This document shows positions 20,298-30,581 of a DNA stretch of 64,000 nt, piece after piece. The position numbers were made by a program, and so were the translations under genes. The notes under the pieces are model-generated. The model did not search any database. It was not told the DNA's origin and saw only the letters and a program-made list of their open reading frames with translations. The stretch is from the NCBI GenBank assembly GCA_049521795.1, contig JBEKOM010000002.1, forward strand, positions 128,001 through 192,000, read 5' to 3'. The DNA comes from Candidatus Bathyarchaeia archaeon (GTDB lineage: Archaea; Thermoproteota; Bathyarchaeia; Bathyarchaeales; Bathycorpusculaceae). The first letter of the stretch is position 1; every line of letters starts with the position of its first letter.

Positions 20298-22358
20298 ATG
20301 AAAAAGATAATATCAATAGCACTGATACTAATCTTCGTTGCATCAACGATCTTTGTTGTAACACCATTCAACATAAAAGCAGCAAACGCTGCAGCATCAG
20401 ACAACTATGTTGCCCTCAACGACGCGCAAGTTGCCCCGAAAAGCAAAGTTGCATTGCAAGATCCTCTGGATTCTGATCCCGATCCAGTGCCGTACTATTC
20501 CATTGGCGCTATCGTGAGGTGGATAACCGCGGACCTCTGGTTTGGCTACTACTACTCGCGTCTCTTTAAACTGGTAGCCATTGGCACCTATGGTGAGATT
20601 TGGGTAGCTTGCGATTCGGCTGGGAATTACCAACTTGATTGGCTGAGTGGAGACTCCAGAGTCACTCCACAGATTTTGGACAACGAAATAGCATTCTACA
20701 TGAACGAGTTCGACACACTTATCTATCCCAGGGACACGCAATACTTTGGTGTTCCAGCAGTACGCGACGGCAATGCCGCCCACTATGGGACTCCAGGCCG
20801 CTTTAATGGAACCACGCGCACAGCGATACTGATTGAGAACATCTTAGACAGGAACTACTATGACCCGACCTACCCATACTACGTCGCTGGTTTCTTTGAC
20901 ACTGGGGTACGCTACTATGTCGGTAGAAACGTTGTGACCATCGATTCCTACGCGTGGGAGCACCGACTGGGACCCCTCGGAACCGTGTGGACTGACAGCA
21001 TAGCTGTTAATCGCCCGTACGTCTACGACAGCACTCTGGCACACGAGTTCCAACACCTAATCCATGCAGACTGGAACCCAAGCGACCCTGCGTTCATGAA
21101 TGAAGGCTGCAGCATGTACGCAGAATATCTCTGCGGCTTTGGAATCGACTCGAGCTACGTCAACAGCTACCTCTACACACCCGACAACTCTCTCACAGAA
21201 TGGAGTGACCAAGGCGACATAAACATACTCGCCGACTACGGCGCCGCACTAATGTGGGTATTATACCTGAACGACCATTATGGCGGAGTACCTACCATAA
21301 CCTACTTCGTCCAGAACGGAGTACCAGGAATCGACGGAGTAAACGCTGCATTGGTGCATTTCGGCTACAAACATTCCACATTCGACACAGTCTACCACGA
21401 TTGGAGGATCGCAAACCTCATACACACAGACTTCCCAGGCTGCACAAAATACAACTACGAGAGCCTGAACCTAAATGATCCGATCTATATATCCGCATTC
21501 ACGCACATGATCAGCGGCCTGCCAGTTTCGCAAACGAAGGGTACAGACTTCGGCAACACAATAACGATATTAGGCTACGACACAGGCGTATCTGAGGTTG
21601 GACCCTATGGCTCAGACTACATAAACTTCACAAACTGGAAAATGCCAGGCTTCATTTACTTCCAAGGCGACCAATACGCAACATTTGGCTGGACACAATC
21701 TGGCGGAGTATGGTGGCCAGGCTACGGAAACCTGATGGACGCACAGCTCATCAGCCAAGCCGTTTCAGTGACCAGTTCAAACTCGATGCTTACGTTGGTA
21801 ACAGCATACGGCATGGAAACCACCTATGACTTCGGATTCGTCCAAGTCTCAACTGACAACGGAAAAACATGGACATCACTGTCGAACAGCTACACAACTT
21901 CTGACTATCAGACAGACGTCCAAGCAATCATAAACAACATGCCTGGACTCAACGACTACAACCCCGACTGGCCAGGCTACACAACGATGACATTTGACCT
22001 CTCAGCTTACATTGGAAAGACAGTGCTGATAAACTTCCGCTACATGACCGACGAGTACACCAACTACGAAGGCTGGTTCATACAAAGCGCGAGCGTGGGC
22101 ACTACGGCGTTGACGCTAACTCCGACCTATCCGAAAGCAGCGTACCAAGTCACAGTGATCCAAGCATTTGTCACCTGTGGAAAGACACTATACTTACCAT
22201 CTGACATGTGCTTGACGAAAGACAACAAGGGAATGGGCATCGGCGCTGCAATCAAACCGAACTACGTCCTCTTGGTCGTTAGCCCAACAATGCACCAAGG
22301 GTTCGCTGACTACAAGTTCCAAGCCACGAAACTGCCGCAGTTTAAGTTCTTCTGTTAG
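20298..22358 (+). CDS. Secreted zinc metalloprotease (M30/immune inhibitor A-like)
   Basis: Signal peptide; HEFQHLIH + NEG; InhA-like C-terminal domain (YDFGFVQVSTDNGKTW, FRYMTD). Confidence 0.88.
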   Translation: MKKIISIALILIFVASTIFVVTPFNIKAANAAASDNYVALNDAQVAPKSKVALQDPLDSDPDPVPYYSIGAIVRWITADLWFGYYYSRLFKLVAIGTYGEIWVACDSAGNYQLDWLSGDSRVTPQILDNEIAFYMNEFDTLIYPRDTQYFGVPAVRDGNAAHYGTPGRFNGTTRTAILIENILDRNYYDPTYPYYVAGFFDTGVRYYVGRNVVTIDSYAWEHRLGPLGTVWTDSIAVNRPYVYDSTLAHEFQHLIHADWNPSDPAFMNEGCSMYAEYLCGFGIDSSYVNSYLYTPDNSLTEWSDQGDINILADYGAALMWVLYLNDHYGGVPTITYFVQNGVPGIDGVNAALVHFGYKHSTFDTVYHDWRIANLIHTDFPGCTKYNYESLNLNDPIYISAFTHMISGLPVSQTKGTDFGNTITILGYDTGVSEVGPYGSDYINFTNWKMPGFIYFQGDQYATFGWTQSGGVWWPGYGNLMDAQLISQAVSVTSSNSMLTLVTAYGMETTYDFGFVQVSTDNGKTWTSLSNSYTTSDYQTDVQAIINNMPGLNDYNPDWPGYTTMTFDLSAYIGKTVLINFRYMTDEYTNYEGWFIQSASVGTTALTLTPTYPKAAYQVTVIQAFVTCGKTLYLPSDMCLTKDNKGMGIGAAIKPNYVLLVVSPTMHQGFADYKFQATKLPQFKFFC

Positions 22359-22384
22359 TCGCAAGCTGAGTTCAATAACCAAAA

Positions 22385-22400
22385 CTCCCTTTTTTTCCTC
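22385..22400 (+). terminator. Oligo-T archaeal terminator
   Basis: CTCCCTTTTTTTCCTC about 30 nt after stop. Confidence 0.45.
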
Positions 22401-22503
22401 ACACTTTCTCAAATTGCACGGTGAAGCCAACATTGATGGGATTCCCCCCTTTCAGATATTTTCAAGAAAATGCAGAAATACCTCGATTGGATAGTATAAC
22501 TCA

Positions 22504-23838
22504 ATGAGAGAGGGGAAAATCCTGCGGAAACCCTGCGCTCTGGTGTTTGCTTTGCTGCTGGCCAGCATGGCAGGTCTGTTATCCAGTTTCCAGACGGCAA
22601 AAGCGATCACAACCATTTACATCCAAGCGGACGGAGGCGTCCTTCCGATAACTGCGCCAATCCAGAGAAACGGAAACGTATACACTCTTACTGGCAACAT
22701 CATCAGTGACACAGACGGCATCGTGATCGAAACGAATAACACGATACTGGACGGAGCAGGACACTCGATTCAAGGGATAAACACTCCGTCATCTAATGGA
22801 ATATACTTGTCAGGAAACCACAACGTAACGATCAAAAACATCGACATTAAAGGTTTCGAATCTGGCATTCTGCTCGATGCATACTCAACGTACAACAATA
22901 TCATAGGAAACACCGTTGAAAGAAACGTTTATGGAGTCAATTGTTGGGCATATGCAGACAACAACAGCATTATTGGAAACAACATAACGGGAAACAGTCT
23001 CGCAGGCGTCTGGATCGCCGGATCATCAAACGACACAGTGACTGAAAACAACATAGTCGCAAACAGTCTAGGAATCAACCTCCAAAGCTCTTCAAATGAC
23101 AGCATCCATCACAACAATTTTGTTGACAACCCAACCCAAACCAGCATCTATGAATCACCTGGCACGTGGGACAACGACTACCCTTCCGCAGGCAACTACT
23201 GGAGCGACTACGTGGGCAGTGACAACTACTCTGGTCCAAATCAGAATCAGCCTGGAAGTGATGGAATAGGAGACACACCGTACAACTGCACTGCAAACGA
23301 TCAAGACAGGTACCCTCTCATGCAAGCTTGGACCAACATAGCCGTTGAAAGCGTCTCACCATCCAAAACCGCCGTGGAACAAGGACAAAACGTGACCATA
23401 ACAGTGTCGGTGCAAAATCAGGGTTGGGAGGGGCAAACGACTAACGTCACGGTTTTCGTCAACACAACGATCGTCTCCACATTCAAAAACGTAGCACTAG
23501 CAGGAAGAAGCCAAACAACTCTCAAATTCACGTGGCAGACCACTGCCTTCGCCAGAGGAAACTACACGATAACCACACGTGCAGACCCAGTTCAAAACGA
23601 ACCAGACATCAGAGACAACACGCTGACTTACAGCAGAATTGCTGTGACGATCACAGGAGACATCAACGGAGACGGAACAGTAAACATCTTGGACGCTATA
23701 ATGTTGAGTAACTCGTTCCTCGCTACGCGAGGCACACAGTCCTGGAACCCTAACGCAGACCTGAACGATGATGGCATCGTCAACATCTTAGACGCCATAA
23801 TCCTCGCAAACAACTTCGGAAGAACCAGCACAAAATAA
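22504..23838 (+). CDS. Secreted NosD beta-helix + CARDB + dockerin protein
   Basis: Paralog of 7291-8568; GNYWSDY, DGIGDTPY, GDINGDGTVNILDAI. Confidence 0.9.
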   Translation: MREGKILRKPCALVFALLLASMAGLLSSFQTAKAITTIYIQADGGVLPITAPIQRNGNVYTLTGNIISDTDGIVIETNNTILDGAGHSIQGINTPSSNGIYLSGNHNVTIKNIDIKGFESGILLDAYSTYNNIIGNTVERNVYGVNCWAYADNNSIIGNNITGNSLAGVWIAGSSNDTVTENNIVANSLGINLQSSSNDSIHHNNFVDNPTQTSIYESPGTWDNDYPSAGNYWSDYVGSDNYSGPNQNQPGSDGIGDTPYNCTANDQDRYPLMQAWTNIAVESVSPSKTAVEQGQNVTITVSVQNQGWEGQTTNVTVFVNTTIVSTFKNVALAGRSQTTLKFTWQTTAFARGNYTITTRADPVQNEPDIRDNTLTYSRIAVTITGDINGDGTVNILDAIMLSNSFLATRGTQSWNPNADLNDDGIVNILDAIILANNFGRTSTK

Positions 23839-23922
23839 GAGGAGAAACTATCACTTTCTAAGGAGGACGAGCCTCCATAAGCATCTTGACAGTAGTCCGC
23901 GCACAAGAATTGTCGCTAGAAT

Positions 23923-24001
23923 TGGCGGGCCCGGAGGGATTTGAACCCCCGTTCTCCGGCTCCGAAGGCCGACGCCTTAATCCAGACTGGGCTACGGGCC
24001 C
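23923..24001 (-). tRNA. tRNA-Arg(TCG), CCA encoded
   Basis: Reverse complement GGGCCCGTAGCCCAG...CTTCGGA...GTTCAAATCCCTCCGGGCCCGCCA. Confidence 0.96.
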
Positions 24002-24103
24002 AGACAAGAATACGCGTAGAAGCAATTAAAAGTGTTATGTGAAAATGTAGAGTAGACCTCTGTGAGAGAGGATAAATGGAACGATCTTGCGGGACGATGA
24101 TCC

Positions 24104-24871
24104 TTGAGAACCATTGAACTGTCAAGCTGGGAGAGCGTTCCGCTGAAGGCGGACAGTTTGAGAAGAAGCCTCGAAATCATATATGGAGTGAAGCTTGGGA
24201 CCGATTCTTCGGAGATTCAACTCGACCGACTCTACCCAACCGAGGATTTTCTCGAGAACGACAAGATAGCGCTTGTGTTTATGAAAATCGTGAACGAAGG
24301 CTATGACGCGCCAATAATAGCGGTTGAGCGCGGGGAAGATTACTTCGTTCTCGACGGCCACCACCGTTGCTTCATTTCAAAGAAACTCGAGAAGAAGACT
24401 ATCATGGCTAAAGTTCTAAAGTTCCCTGAGGGCACAGGCTATCGAGACGCCCCAAAGTCTTCGCTCGAAGACCTTCTCATCAAGGAAGTAGCCGTCATCA
24501 ACGATCTAATTGTGAAAGCGTGGGGACGAATACTCAACATCATGAAACAGTATGAAGTCTTGTACCACATGCATTTCCACATGAAGAAAGAACAAATCCG
24601 TTTGAAAGATCTGTCCCCCACTCAGCCTGAAGTGCTGAAGGAGCAGATCGATGCAATAAACAGGCTACTGGTTCCCATAGCCTGCATAGAGTACGGCAAA
24701 AGATACTATGTGCTGGATGGGCACGCAAGATGCCTACGAGCCAAACAACTCGGCCTGAAATCAATACAAGCCATAGTCCTTTTGCCACAAGTGCAAGTAG
24801 ATTTCGGAATAGTAAAAACCGCCAAAGAGATGAAACTCGAAAGCCTAGAAGACGTTATCATAACAAAATGA
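24104..24871 (+). CDS. Tandem ParB/Sulfiredoxin-domain protein
   Basis: Two LxPT...P...VLDGHxR motifs (DGHHR, DGHAR). Confidence 0.8.
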   Translation: MRTIELSSWESVPLKADSLRRSLEIIYGVKLGTDSSEIQLDRLYPTEDFLENDKIALVFMKIVNEGYDAPIIAVERGEDYFVLDGHHRCFISKKLEKKTIMAKVLKFPEGTGYRDAPKSSLEDLLIKEVAVINDLIVKAWGRILNIMKQYEVLYHMHFHMKKEQIRLKDLSPTQPEVLKEQIDAINRLLVPIACIEYGKRYYVLDGHARCLRAKQLGLKSIQAIVLLPQVQVDFGIVKTAKEMKLESLEDVIITK

Positions 24872-24969
24872 ACCTGTAATGATGCTCGTTAATAATGGAG
24901 CCTTGACATTCGTGGCACCCGAAAACCCTTAAAAATGGTCTCCAATCTATACTAGATGTCTCAACATGG

Positions 24970-25044
24970 GGGCCGGTAGCTCAGCTTGGCTGGAGCGTTC
25001 GGCTGATAACCGAAAGGTCGCCGGTTCGAATCCGGCTCGGCCCA
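24970..25044 (+). tRNA. tRNA-Ile(GAT)
   Basis: Anticodon arm TTCGG-CTGATAA-CCGAA; GTTCGAATC; acceptor GGGCCGG/TCGGCCC. Confidence 0.96.
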
Positions 25045-25097
25045 TTGCACCCCAAAACTTATTAGCGCATCAAAACCACATGTTCGGACGTGATATT

Positions 25098-25490
25098 ATG
25101 CTAAAAGACGATGAAATGCTGGAAGAATTGAAGAAAATACGCACGCTGCTGGAACCTAAGCCTGCGCCGTCTGCACCCGCACCAAAAGGATTATGGAAAG
25201 AGTTCATGGACTTCATATCAAAGTACAAGATAATTGGCCTTGCTGCAGGTTTCATCATCGCTCTTTACCTTGGAGCCTTAGTGTTGGCGCTTGTCAAGGA
25301 CTTCATAATGCCGATCATTGGGTTGATACTTAACCCGCTAGGGCTGGGAAACTTGGCCACCGCGAAAACTACGTTCAGTTCACAGGATTTTCTCTACGGA
25401 GACTTTCTCATGGCCTTGATAACCTTCCTCATCGTGGTTTTAGTGGTCTTCCTTCTCGTTAAGGCTACGAAGAGATGGGGTTTAGAATAG
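25098..25490 (+). CDS. mscL: Large-conductance mechanosensitive channel family protein
   Basis: EFMDFISKYKIIGLAAGFII...LVKDFIMP...YGDFLMALITFLIV; the ORF-track start lies at the tRNA so it was reassigned. Confidence 0.85.
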   Translation: MLKDDEMLEELKKIRTLLEPKPAPSAPAPKGLWKEFMDFISKYKIIGLAAGFIIALYLGALVLALVKDFIMPIIGLILNPLGLGNLATAKTTFSSQDFLYGDFLMALITFLIVVLVVFLLVKATKRWGLE

Positions 25491-25625
25491 CGAACAAAGA
25501 ACCCAACGAACAACGAAAGGCTCCGCAGAAACCTTCGATCGAAAACACTTCCCATTTTTCTGTGTGAACAGAAGACGAAAAGCTGAAATCCTAACAGACC
25601 ACATAACGTGAGGTTGGTGGATTAA

Positions 25626-25916
25626 GTGCCACAGTACATTCTGCTCTCAAACTTGACGGACGAAGGATGGAAAACCGTCAAAGAAAAACCCGCCAGAATC
25701 AAAGAAGTCAACAAAGAACTTGAAGCATTCGGCGTTCGAGTCATCAGTCAGTACGCTGTACTCGGGCCCTACGACTTCGCAACCATCGTCGAAGCCCCGG
25801 ACAACAAGACTATCAGCAAAGTTTCTATCGAACTCGGGTCGAGAGGAACAGTCAAAATCATGAGCATGGCTGCCGTACCCATAGAAGAATTCATAGCTTC
25901 AATGAAAAAACGATGA
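25626..25916 (+). CDS. GYD domain protein
   Basis: LGPYDF...EAPD...GSRG pattern. Confidence 0.85.
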   Translation: MPQYILLSNLTDEGWKTVKEKPARIKEVNKELEAFGVRVISQYAVLGPYDFATIVEAPDNKTISKVSIELGSRGTVKIMSMAAVPIEEFIASMKKR

Positions 25917-26267
25917 GGATATCGCACTCTATCCCCCTTTTTCATTGGGCCGCGATTATGGTGAGCACGCGCGATTAGATTTGCTTGACATACTGACAAA
26001 TGGGACAGAGAAAAAATATGTCGAGATCCCGAGAACAACTTTTTACTGTGTGGGAAACTACTCTCTTCTCATCTAGGATCCAAAGAAGAAGGCGAACAGA
26101 CATCGAGGCAAGTGGCGCGCGCTGGAAGTCGCCAAAACTATCAACGCTCCGCAAAAACATGGATAAGCAGTAATGAAATGGAACAACTCAGTTTACGAAT
26201 AATTGACAACGATTACGATAAATAGTTCTATAGAAGATGCTTCGTGTAGCTCGCCCGAGGTGAAAAC

Positions 26268-26426
26268 ATGAAATTTGCGATAGTTATCGTGGGCTTTGGC
26301 ATGTGGTTAGTTCTTGATGGACTCTACAGCATATTCGAATACCGCAAGCAGACAATTCAAGAACATCTAATAAGAGTTATTCGAGCTGGTGTTGGAGTTA
26401 CTCTAATCACCTTGTACTTCCTTTAG
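26268..26426 (+). CDS. Small membrane protein (52 aa)
   Basis: GAGGTGA SD; MKFAIVIVGFGMWLVLDGLYSIFEYRKQTIQEHLIRVIRAGVGVTLITLYFL. Confidence 0.6.
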   Translation: MKFAIVIVGFGMWLVLDGLYSIFEYRKQTIQEHLIRVIRAGVGVTLITLYFL

Positions 26427-26584
26427 AAGCAGCTGGAAACATGAACGACTGTCGACTTACAGTATTCATTTCTTCTGATGCGCCTGCTGCAGGAAGTCCG
26501 CATCAACAAGCGCGTGCGCACGATAGCGCTTGTCGTGCGCCATTTTTTCGCGCGCCCGTGTGTGGCGCTCTAAGCGCTGATGCC

Positions 26585-27517
26585 TTAGACTGCATATGGG
26601 TCATGGCCATTTCTCATTCTCGCAATTGACCTTGAAGAATAGATCTTAAGCACAATGAAGGCAGTCAAGAATACCACCAAGGTTCCTGCCGCCAAGTAAG
26701 GAAGATCGCTTGTGGATATAATATATGAACCAGGGTTGAGATAGACTCCAAGCGCGACTCCAGACGCGATTAAGAAATTCGAGAGAAAGAATGATAGCTT
26801 CCAGAGAATCGGCGGTGCCCGAGAAGCTTTTTTCGCCTCTATGTGCCTCTTTATTTCACCCACGCCCAAAACTAGAGAAATGCCCAAAACACCGATAGAC
26901 AAAGGACCAATAAAGTTGAAGCTAAATTGGGGGTAGTAAAAATCGATGAAAGCCCTAACCCCAAACACAGACAGGAGAGCCAAAAACAGGATTAGTGCAG
27001 CTGAACCGACAAAAATCCCTACATCCAGGATACCGCCAGAATAGAAGGGACCGTAGATCCTTCGCCATGGCCTGAGAGTATAATCTTTCATATCCTCAGC
27101 GGTTTTTCTGGTGAGCTCGACTGGATCGTTTTGATACATGTATATCTTAGTTTTGATATCAGGTGCAATTTTTTTACCGTCGTGATCATACCTAGCTTTC
27201 TTCACTAGCCTTGAAAAGGGATAAAGCCACTCCACCCCGCGATCTTTTGCTGTGTTGATACCATCAAGAAGAGTGTGACAGAAGGCACCTATTGCAAGGT
27301 AAGGACTAATCAGAAAAACGATCCCAATGAAAACGAAGTTGTGGTATAGTGCCCGATGGAGCTGATGGTCGCGGAAGTAATCTTTGCTGAAAAAGCCATA
27401 CTCCCTATCCATGTCAGGGAGGACCGAGCCGATGGCAACAAGCAAAATGATATCCCACCTCCCAAAGAAAAGAGCTCCGATCAGCGCACCAAACGCTATG
27501 TGCGTAGGAAGATTCAT
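26585..27517 (-). CDS. YdjM-like membrane metal-dependent hydrolase
   Basis: TH...GSVLPDMD...HRALYH...HTLLD...GV.WLYPF. Confidence 0.85.
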   Translation of the reverse strand: MNLPTHIAFGALIGALFFGRWDIILLVAIGSVLPDMDREYGFFSKDYFRDHQLHRALYHNFVFIGIVFLISPYLAIGAFCHTLLDGINTAKDRGVEWLYPFSRLVKKARYDHDGKKIAPDIKTKIYMYQNDPVELTRKTAEDMKDYTLRPWRRIYGPFYSGGILDVGIFVGSAALILFLALLSVFGVRAFIDFYYPQFSFNFIGPLSIGVLGISLVLGVGEIKRHIEAKKASRAPPILWKLSFFLSNFLIASGVALGVYLNPGSYIISTSDLPYLAAGTLVVFLTAFIVLKIYSSRSIARMRNGHDPYAV

Positions 27518-27767
27518 GCGAATTTACCTACTCACGATTCGTCAAAGAACTTGATCTGGGAAATTCCAAGGTTTTGCTCACCTTAGCCACGTGAATCTAA
27601 GCAATTGTACGCTGCAACTCTATATATTATTTTTGCGCGCGCGCCGATGTGGGGAAACACGCAGCTCGAATTACGCTCCATGCACAGTGCGCGTGTGCCG
27701 GCGAATAGTTGCTATACACTTCGGACAAGGTCCAAGTGGAGGGCCCTTGCCGTGGCTGCTGAAGCGA

Positions 27768-28175
27768 TTATTTAGGAGCTTTAGTAGCGTCGGGAGCGTT
27801 GGCATATCCGGTTGAAAAAGGTGCTTGGAATCTGCCCACGTTCTCTCTGATGATGCCATACCCCTTTTCTGCAAGGGAGGTTGGTAACTTGCCAAGCTCT
27901 AGTGGTTTTGCATCGCGTTTGAGCGTAAGTTTGATTGTTGATCGCATTATTCCCTTGTCCAACGTTACACCAGCGAGGTCCGAGTAGCTGTAATCGGTGT
28001 AATCCCTCTTCAATCCGAGCGCGTGGGGGTGTCGCAGAATTATCCGTTCGTTCGTAATAATTAAGGAGTCGATGTTCACCTGAGGATGATAGATTTTCTC
28101 CTTAATATACAGCTCAACCTTTTCGTTCGGGCCTAGTATGTTCGTTATATCATCAGGCGCAGCCATTACCATCAA
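27768..28175 (-). CDS. Bacterial PH-domain protein
   Basis: LGPNEKV...IITNERII...Y.YSDL..V.LDKG. Confidence 0.8.
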   Translation of the reverse strand: MMVMAAPDDITNILGPNEKVELYIKEKIYHPQVNIDSLIITNERIILRHPHALGLKRDYTDYSYSDLAGVTLDKGIMRSTIKLTLKRDAKPLELGKLPTSLAEKGYGIIRENVGRFQAPFSTGYANAPDATKAPK

Positions 28176-28340
28176 CCAACTTAGATGAGGATTATTAGCT
28201 GCACTACTGGTGGCAGCTTAGAGGATAAATATTTATGTGTTGGGAGGCTGCAGCGACTAGAGGCGGCTAATTTTTGTTTCTTTTCTTTTTTGCGGCGCGC
28301 GTGTAAACGGACAATTCGATTGAACTTTCATTCTCTTCAC

Positions 28341-28874
28341 CTAGAAGTGATTCATGATAAAATCCCTAACGGTTCTATGATTAGCCATGATTTCAACGAT
28401 CTTTTTTGTAGCTTTGGTTATCTGCGTATCAAACAGTCTTGTTATTACCAACGTCAACAAAAACACAAATATGCCGAATCCAAAATTTACAATAGCGTTC
28501 ACTGAGCCCCTGTACCATATGAAAAGGAATGTAGCTGCCGCACCTATCTCTCCCATGATGAAGGATCTTATGATGAAATAAAGTTTCTGCACCCACGTAG
28601 AAAACAACAGAACCTTGATCACTGCTCTTTTCTCGATGTTACTTTCAGCTCCACTGCTTTGCTTTGTAACACTTCCTATCTGTTGCAGCACCCTTTTTGC
28701 GTAATGAACATCTGATAAACGCAACATCATTCTTGCATAATGAGCGTCTGACAAATCCTTGGAACTTGCGCTTTCAAGCTCCAACAAAATCCTTTGTGCT
28801 ATTACGTCTATTTCAGCATCCACTCTGTCTGTTTGAGCAACCTTAGTTACCATTATCCCACCAGAATATTCCAA
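28341..28874 (-). CDS. Hypothetical membrane protein
   Basis: 177 aa with two C-terminal TM helices. Confidence 0.7.
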   Translation of the reverse strand: MEYSGGIMVTKVAQTDRVDAEIDVIAQRILLELESASSKDLSDAHYARMMLRLSDVHYAKRVLQQIGSVTKQSSGAESNIEKRAVIKVLLFSTWVQKLYFIIRSFIMGEIGAAATFLFIWYRGSVNAIVNFGFGIFVFLLTLVITRLFDTQITKATKKIVEIMANHRTVRDFIMNHF

Positions 28875-29004
28875 GAATTCTGGTTACCAAATCGTCTAAT
28901 ATGATTTTTGCTTACTCTGCAGTTAAGACGAGTCTCATGTCTATTCCAGCGCGCCATCTATTGTTGAACGCTACATACGTAAAATTGCAAATGGTGAAAG
29001 TACA

Positions 29005-29790
29005 TTGCCAATAGTCGTAATCAAAAATCCAGGAAAGGATATATATGCAGTATTGGATGGTCACGACAGATATTGTCCGTGTCTCGAATTGGGAATAAAA
29101 GAAACGAAGTGCGCTTTTGCTGGTGATTTTTCAGGTTTAGTTTCATTTATGGCAAGGTATGGCTTTTTCCAGCCTGCAGCAGAAATAACAGAGTACATTT
29201 TAGTAGTTCATATGGGCGTTAGGTATCATGTTGGAAAAGGACTAAGACATTCGCGTTTGTTTTTCCAAAAGTTGAGAACCTTGTCGATAGATATGTTTTT
29301 CACGCCTACGGAATGGACAATAAAAAAGGCAAAAAGAAAACCAGCACTAAGAATGAAGACTGAAAGTGTGAAAAATGAAGACTGCAAATTCAAAGTATTG
29401 TTTGTGTGCACTGGTAATGCATATCGAAGTCCAATATGTGAAGCACTTCTCAAGAAACTTAGACCAGATTTAGAAGTGGATTCTGCAGGGACAAGAATTG
29501 CAAGAAAAATCACGAAAGAAGCAAGAGAATACTTGATGTCAGAAGATGCTATACAGTATCTTAAGAAGACACCTGAAAGCATTGACAGCAAACAATTGGA
29601 GCAGTATGATATTATCATTGCTATGGAACAGAGACACAGAGACTCAGTCTTAAAGAAATGTCCTGATTGCAAGAACAAAGTAGTTGTTTGGAATGTTCGA
29701 GATAAGATTCCTTTTTTGCATAGACGGACTGAAAAGATTAACAACCAGATGAAAGAGAATGTCACCGAATATGCCGGGTCATTAGCATAA
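29005..29790 (+). CDS. Low-molecular-weight phosphatase/ArsC-like protein, in frame with an N-truncated ParB-like segment
   Basis: FVCTGNAYRS CX5R, DSAG, DIIIAME; upstream VLDGHDR. Confidence 0.7.
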   Translation: MPIVVIKNPGKDIYAVLDGHDRYCPCLELGIKETKCAFAGDFSGLVSFMARYGFFQPAAEITEYILVVHMGVRYHVGKGLRHSRLFFQKLRTLSIDMFFTPTEWTIKKAKRKPALRMKTESVKNEDCKFKVLFVCTGNAYRSPICEALLKKLRPDLEVDSAGTRIARKITKEAREYLMSEDAIQYLKKTPESIDSKQLEQYDIIIAMEQRHRDSVLKKCPDCKNKVVVWNVRDKIPFLHRRTEKINNQMKENVTEYAGSLA

Positions 29791-29944
29791 GACTCACAAA
29801 TCTCGCGCGCTACTTTTTCTTTCGCAGAACGTTCCTCAAGTTGTCTTCTTCAGGATGCTGGTGTGAACAATCAGCGAGTGTTTAGAAGCGGGCTAGCTGA
29901 CCACGCGGGCAGACAGCAGCCTACTTTCAGGACATCGTAACGCT

Positions 29945-30179
29945 AGTTCCACTTGCGACTGTCAAACCTTCCGCAGAATGAATCGATCTAGTGCAGGATC
30001 TCATCATGAAGTTCGACAACCAAAGGTCGTGGGAAAGCGAGTTTGACACGTGCCAGGTCCCCTGTCATGAGAACGTTTGGCTCTTCGGAAGTTGTCCCGG
30101 TCCTGATGTCCGTCTTTTCCTTGATCTCCATTAGAGATCATCTTGATTGTGCTGTTCCAACATGAATAATTGGTGAATA
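29945..30179 (-). pseudogene. Remnant of EF-1alpha/CysN-type GTPase domain III
   Basis: YSPIIHVGTAQSR*SLMEIKEKTDIRTG...LMTGDLARVKLAFPRPLVVE...RFILR...TVASG, with stops and a frameshift. Confidence 0.7.
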
Positions 30180-30215
30180 AGCGCGCTCTTCTGAGCAGAT
30201 AAAATGGGGGGTTTT

Positions 30216-30581
30216 CTATCTTGTTAGCAGTCCACCTATGAGTCCGCCGATTGTTGATGCGATCGCTCCGAAGATAGCAAGTATGATCGCTATAATTCCG
30301 ACGGCCAGACCAGCGAAGAAGCCAAAAAATCCGCCTAGGATTCCGCTTGTCAATGCCCCTGCCGCCACAAAGCCTATGATTGCCAGTATTGCAAAGATGA
30401 TCCCGCCGAATATTCCCGCGAGGAAGCCGGCTAAGGCTCCTCTTCCTATCCCTCGAGCAATGAGCCCTGCCACAAGCCCACCAATGAACCCGCCTATTAG
30501 GTGTCCAATTCCTGGAAACAGCCAGGCAAGAGCCAGTGTTATGAGAAAGCCAACGAAAGCTCCCAGCCATATGCTTCCTAT
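30216..30581 (-). CDS. DUF5518-like Gly-rich membrane protein
   Basis: Frame extends upstream to IGSIWLGAFVG...IGGFIGGLVAG; first codon ATA after AGGTGA. Confidence 0.7.
   Translation of the reverse strand: MGSIWLGAFVGFLITLALAWLFPGIGHLIGGFIGGLVAGLIARGIGRGALAGFLAGIFGGIIFAILAIIGFVAAGALTSGILGGFFGFFAGLAVGIIAIILAIFGAIASTIGGLIGGLLTR

Noticed and set aside
24966-25097. N-terminal extension of MscL in the ORF track
   Set aside because: It is the tRNA-Ile sequence read through in frame
30138-30143. Selenocysteine recoding of the TGA at a Cys-equivalent position in the EF-1alpha-like fragment
   Set aside because: The fragment lacks a start and the GTPase domain and has further disruptions; simple decay
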